A DNA stretch of 61,848 nucleotides, counting the filler, from Sphacelaria rigidula (taxonomy: Eukaryota): the NCBI GenBank assembly GCA_964200075.2. It is 10 parts of 10 records of this genome, joined end to end, with 100 filler letters (N's around TTAATTAATTAA, not from the genome) between each part and the next. Parts side by side here need not be neighbours in the genome. Positions count along the whole stretch, not along the records: positions 55,755 to 61,848 come from CAXNAA020022267.1; 9 more parts are not named here. One strand, given 5' to 3'. The position numbers and the translations under genes are program-made. Of this stretch, positions 61,517-61,848 are shown one piece after another (position 1 is the stretch's first letter; every line of letters starts with the position of its first letter). The notes beneath the pieces were generated by a model. That model had not been told where the DNA came from, did not search any database, and saw nothing but the letters and a program-made list of their open reading frames with translations.

Positions 61517-61848
61517 GAGGAATAATGTCTAATGACGTAGGTTATGCGACTACAGTCACGTGAACAGGACGAGCAGCTGGGTTGCCCATCACCCCACTTC
61601 GGTCAGTCCATCTTGGTTCTTGGCTCGGGGCCAACTGTCTGACTTGCTCTGGGGGTTAACATGAGTTTATGTGGTGAGCCTGTGTGTGTGGTACTGAATT
61701 GAGGGATATTGAGCGTGTGTGATTGTGTGACTGAGGTTCATTGGAGTCTGGGAAAGTAAACAGGGTAAAGAGAGATAATACAAACGTGTTCTAGAACTAT
61801 CTATAACTGCTGCTATTTACCTGAGCCAAGGTGCTGACTGTTGTTCAC
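61517..61848 (+). repeat. 3' LTR (cut by window end)
   Basis: ~5 differences from 56854-57186 over ~332 bp. Confidence 0.92.

Larger units (their letters stand above)
56853..61848 (+). mobile_element. Non-autonomous Copia-derived LTR element (gag + protease, no recognisable IN/RT)
   Basis: Paired LTRs; gag-like frames 57453-58160 and 58177-59913; protease-like WIADSCTVHHITG; faint RNase H trace ~61190-61490. Confidence 0.8.

Overview
Eukaryotic, repeat-rich DNA, most likely from a brown alga (Phaeophyceae; inferred from EsV-1-7 repeats, long introns and TE types). The window is not one locus. It is ten unrelated ~6.1-kb contigs (1-6095, 6196-12290, 12391-18485, 18586-24680, 24781-30875, 30976-37070, 37171-43265, 43366-49460, 49561-55654, 55755-61848) joined by artificial N-TTAATTAATTAA-N spacers. 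Host genes: three in-phase myosin motor exons, two exons of a CNBD-type ion channel, and an EsV-1-7 Cys-rich repeat gene. Mobile DNA: three Copia-type and two Gypsy-type relics, a tyrosine-recombinase (DIRS/Ngaro-like) remnant, LINE fragments, a tRNA-headed SINE-like family and several foldback/MITE elements. Best lead: a LINE family whose 3' end is ...TGAGTACG followed by a C-run instead of poly(A). It appears to insert at G/C homopolymers: 7 copies are present, two with clear target-site duplications that include the C-run, and one is a 10-nt micro-insertion that frameshifts a Copia gag. Its 3' end also carries a conserved GNRA hairpin. Other leads are an extra 3' ORF in a Copia element, a young gag-protease-only LTR element, a foldback family with variable 4-bp TSDs, and code-like variable residues in the EsV-1-7 array. 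All family calls come from motif recognition by eye; no searches were run.
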